Position numbers and translations under genes: made by a program
Source: an uncultured Actinomycetes bacterium
GTDB taxonomy: Bacteria; Actinomycetota; Thermoleophilia; Gaiellales; Gaiellaceae
Length of the DNA stretch: 64,000 bases
Assembly (NCBI GenBank): GCA_963737515.1
Contig: CAVTSV010000002.1
Coordinates: forward strand, 41,816-105,815
Reading direction: 5' to 3'
Notes under the pieces: generated by a model
Database searches by the model: none
The model's input: the letters and a program-made list of their open reading frames with translations, nothing else
Told to the model about the DNA's origin: nothing
In this document: piece after piece, positions 62,040 through 64,000 of the stretch
How the letters are laid out: each line of letters starts with the position of its first letter
Numbering within the stretch: position 1 is the stretch's first letter

Positions 62040-64000
62040 CGGCCCGCGCCGGCGCGACGTCCTCGTCCGTCAGCGTCCGCTCGAGTGAGCCGAAGGCGAG
62101 GCGGAACGCGAGCGAGCGCTTGCCTTCGCCGGTCTGCGGCCCGCGGTACTCGTCGAAGACGGAGACGTCGCGCAGCAGTTCGCCGCCGCTCGCGCGGATC
62201 GCCGCGAGGATCTCCGCCGCCGGCGTGTCCTCGTCGACGACGAAGGCGAGATCCTGCCGCAGCTCCGGATACGGGCTCACGTCGGCGAACCGAGCCGTCC
62301 CGGCCGCAGCGACGAGCGCGTCGAGGTCGAGCTCGAACGCTCCCCAGGTTCCGTCGAGCTCGGCGGGATGGAGCTCGCCGACCCAGCCCTCGCTCGTCCG
62401 CGCGGCCTTGCCCGGATGGAGGAACGGCTCGCTCGCCCGCTCGTACGCCGGCTGGACGCCGAGCGCCGCGTAGATCTGCTCGACGGCCCACTTCGCCTGC
62501 GCGAAGCCGCCGTCGACAATCCCGGCGACGTGCCACGGCTCGCGGCCGCGCTCCGGATACGCGTGCGCGATCTCGAACAGCGCGACGTCGTCGACGTCCA
62601 CAGCGCGATTGGCGCGCGCCGCGTCGACGAGGCTCGGCAGCAGCGTCTCCCGGAGCGCGCCGAGCTCGGCGGAGAGCGGCTCCGGCAGGACGATCGCCCC
62701 GGCCGAGACGAGCGACGGCGTGTACGCCTCCGACCAGCCGCAGCCGACGAGGACGTCCTCCACAACGCGCCGCGCTTTCTGCCATGGCGTCAGCCGCCCG
62801 AACATCGCCTCGCGGCGCGGCAGCGTGAACGGGATCTGCGACAGCTCGAAGCGTGCGACCTCCTCGACGAGGTCGATCTCGCGCGTCACGTCGCGCGCGC
62901 GCCACGTCGGGACGCGGAAGCCGGCCTTCTCGCGCGCGAAGCCGACCCGCGCGAGGATCTCCTCCTGCCGCTCGGCGGCGACGTCGAGACCGAGCACCTC
63001 GTTCGTCCTCTCGGGCCGCAACGGGATGACCGCCGGAGCGGGCAGCTCGCCCTGGACATCGGCCGCGCCGGTCCACCGTGCGCCGGCAAGCTCGACGAGC
63101 AGCCGCGTCGCCATGACGGCCGCCGGCTCCGCGAGATACGGGTCGACGCCCTTCTCCCAGCGGTTCGAGCCCTCGGTGCGCAGGGCGAGCCGCTCGGACG
63201 AGCGGAGGATCCCGACCGGTTCGAAGTTCGCCGCCTCGAGGAGGACGGACGTCGTCTGCTCCGAGACCTCGGTCTCCTCGCCGCCCATGATCCCGGCGAG
63301 CGCGACCGCGCGCTTCGCGTCGGCGATCAGGAGATCGTTCCTGTCGAGCTTCCGGTCGGTGCCGTCGAGGGTGCGCAGCTCCTCGCCCTTCTTCGCGCGG
63401 CGGACGACGATCTTCCCGCCGCCGAGCGCGTCGAAGTCGAAGGCGTGAAGCGGGTTCCCGAGCGCGAGCATCACGTAGTTCGTGACGTCGACGACGTTGG
63501 AGATCGAGCGAACGCCGGCGTCGCGCAGCCGCGCCTTCAGCCAGAGCGGCGACTCGGCGATCGTCACGTTGCGGAAGAGCCGCCCGACATAGCGCGGGCA
63601 ACCGGCGAGATCGTCGATCGCGATGTCGACCTTCTCCTCGCCGTCCTTCGGAGGTTCGGCGCCGGCCGGCGGCAGCAGCTCGCCGTCGAAGAGCGCCGCG
63701 ACTTCGCGCGCGATTCCGTAGACCGAGAGGAGATCGACGCGGTTCCCGGTCGGTTCGATGTCGAGGATCTCCTCGACGAGCGGCAGCGCGTCCGCGAGCG
63801 GCGAGCCCGGCTCGAGCCCGTCGGGCAGGACGATGATCCCGGTGTGATCGGTGCCGAGATCGATCTCGTCCTCGGCGAGGATCATCCCCTCCGACATCTG
63901 GCCGCGCAGCTCGCGCCGCTCGAGCGTCAGGCCGTTCGGCAGCGTCGCGCCGGGCCGCGCGACGGCGACCGTGGCCCCCGCCCCGAAGTTCCAGGCGCCG
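61990..64000 (-). CDS. pheT: Phenylalanine--tRNA ligase beta subunit; N-terminus lies off the window
   Basis: The ORF 61990..63897 reading frame stays open up to the window edge (...GAWNFGAGATVAVARPGATLPNGLTLERRELRGQMSEGMILAEDEIDLG...). B3/4, B5 and anticodon-binding-type regions follow. Confidence 0.9.
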   Translation of the reverse strand, partial: GAWNFGAGATVAVARPGATLPNGLTLERRELRGQMSEGMILAEDEIDLGTDHTGIIVLPDGLEPGSPLADALPLVEEILDIEPTGNRVDLLSVYGIAREVAALFDGELLPPAGAEPPKDGEEKVDIAIDDLAGCPRYVGRLFRNVTIAESPLWLKARLRDAGVRSISNVVDVTNYVMLALGNPLHAFDFDALGGGKIVVRRAKKGEELRTLDGTDRKLDRNDLLIADAKRAVALAGIMGGEETEVSEQTTSVLLEAANFEPVGILRSSERLALRTEGSNRWEKGVDPYLAEPAAVMATRLLVELAGARWTGAADVQGELPAPAVIPLRPERTNEVLGLDVAAERQEEILARVGFAREKAGFRVPTWRARDVTREIDLVEEVARFELSQIPFTLPRREAMFGRLTPWQKARRVVEDVLVGCGWSEAYTPSLVSAGAIVLPEPLSAELGALRETLLPSLVDAARANRAVDVDDVALFEIAHAYPERGREPWHVAGIVDGGFAQAKWAVEQIYAALGVQPAYERASEPFLHPGKAARTSEGWVGELHPAELDGTWGAFELDLDALVAAAGTARFADVSPYPELRQDLAFVVDEDTPAAEILAAIRASGGELLRDVSVFDEYRGPQTGEGKRSLAFRLAFGSLERTLTDEDVAPARAAIAAAVGEQFGAVLRA

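Overview
High-GC (about 70%) actinobacterial-type chromosomal segment. The lineage guess (Thermoleophilia/Solirubrobacterales-like) is inference only. About 70 protein genes are supportable, and most are core metabolism. These include branched-chain amino-acid catabolism: mmsA with an aminotransferase, a scattered methylcrotonyl-CoA carboxylase / enoyl-CoA hydratase / acyl-CoA dehydrogenase set, and an E1alpha-E1beta-E2-GNAT-E3 keto-acid dehydrogenase operon. Other core genes are PBP2, a GH25 muramidase, an EF-G paralogue, a FliA/WhiG sigma factor, DinB, proline dehydrogenase, two CtaG-like proteins, an MBL-rhodanese fusion, a NiCoT transporter, IlvA, MeaB, HisC, PepA and partial PheT. There are two tRNA genes, Gly-GCC and Trp-CCA. 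I found no rRNA, CRISPR array, integrase or transposase, and no clearly novel multi-gene system. Two accessory patches stand out. (1) At 9.56-15.70 kb, four small lower-GC islets lie downstream of tRNA-Gly, separated by exact or degenerate copies of the tRNA 3' half; this looks like an att-site array but has no recombinase. (2) A family of three secreted parallel-beta-helix proteins: one is intact next to tRNA-Trp, and two are multiply frameshifted copies on a ~1.7 kb dispersed repeat that still carries promoter, leader, RBS and terminator. Other oddities are a dispersed CGGTACCWGGTACCG palindrome family, including two 31-nt perfect palindromes with a compensatory change. A metal ABC-transporter operon has five same-direction frameshifts in its binding-protein and ATPase genes. 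There is also a frame-compensated tandem duplication, a PadR operator candidate, and several unlisted mini-ORFs. All homology calls come from motif recognition in the translations; no database search was run.
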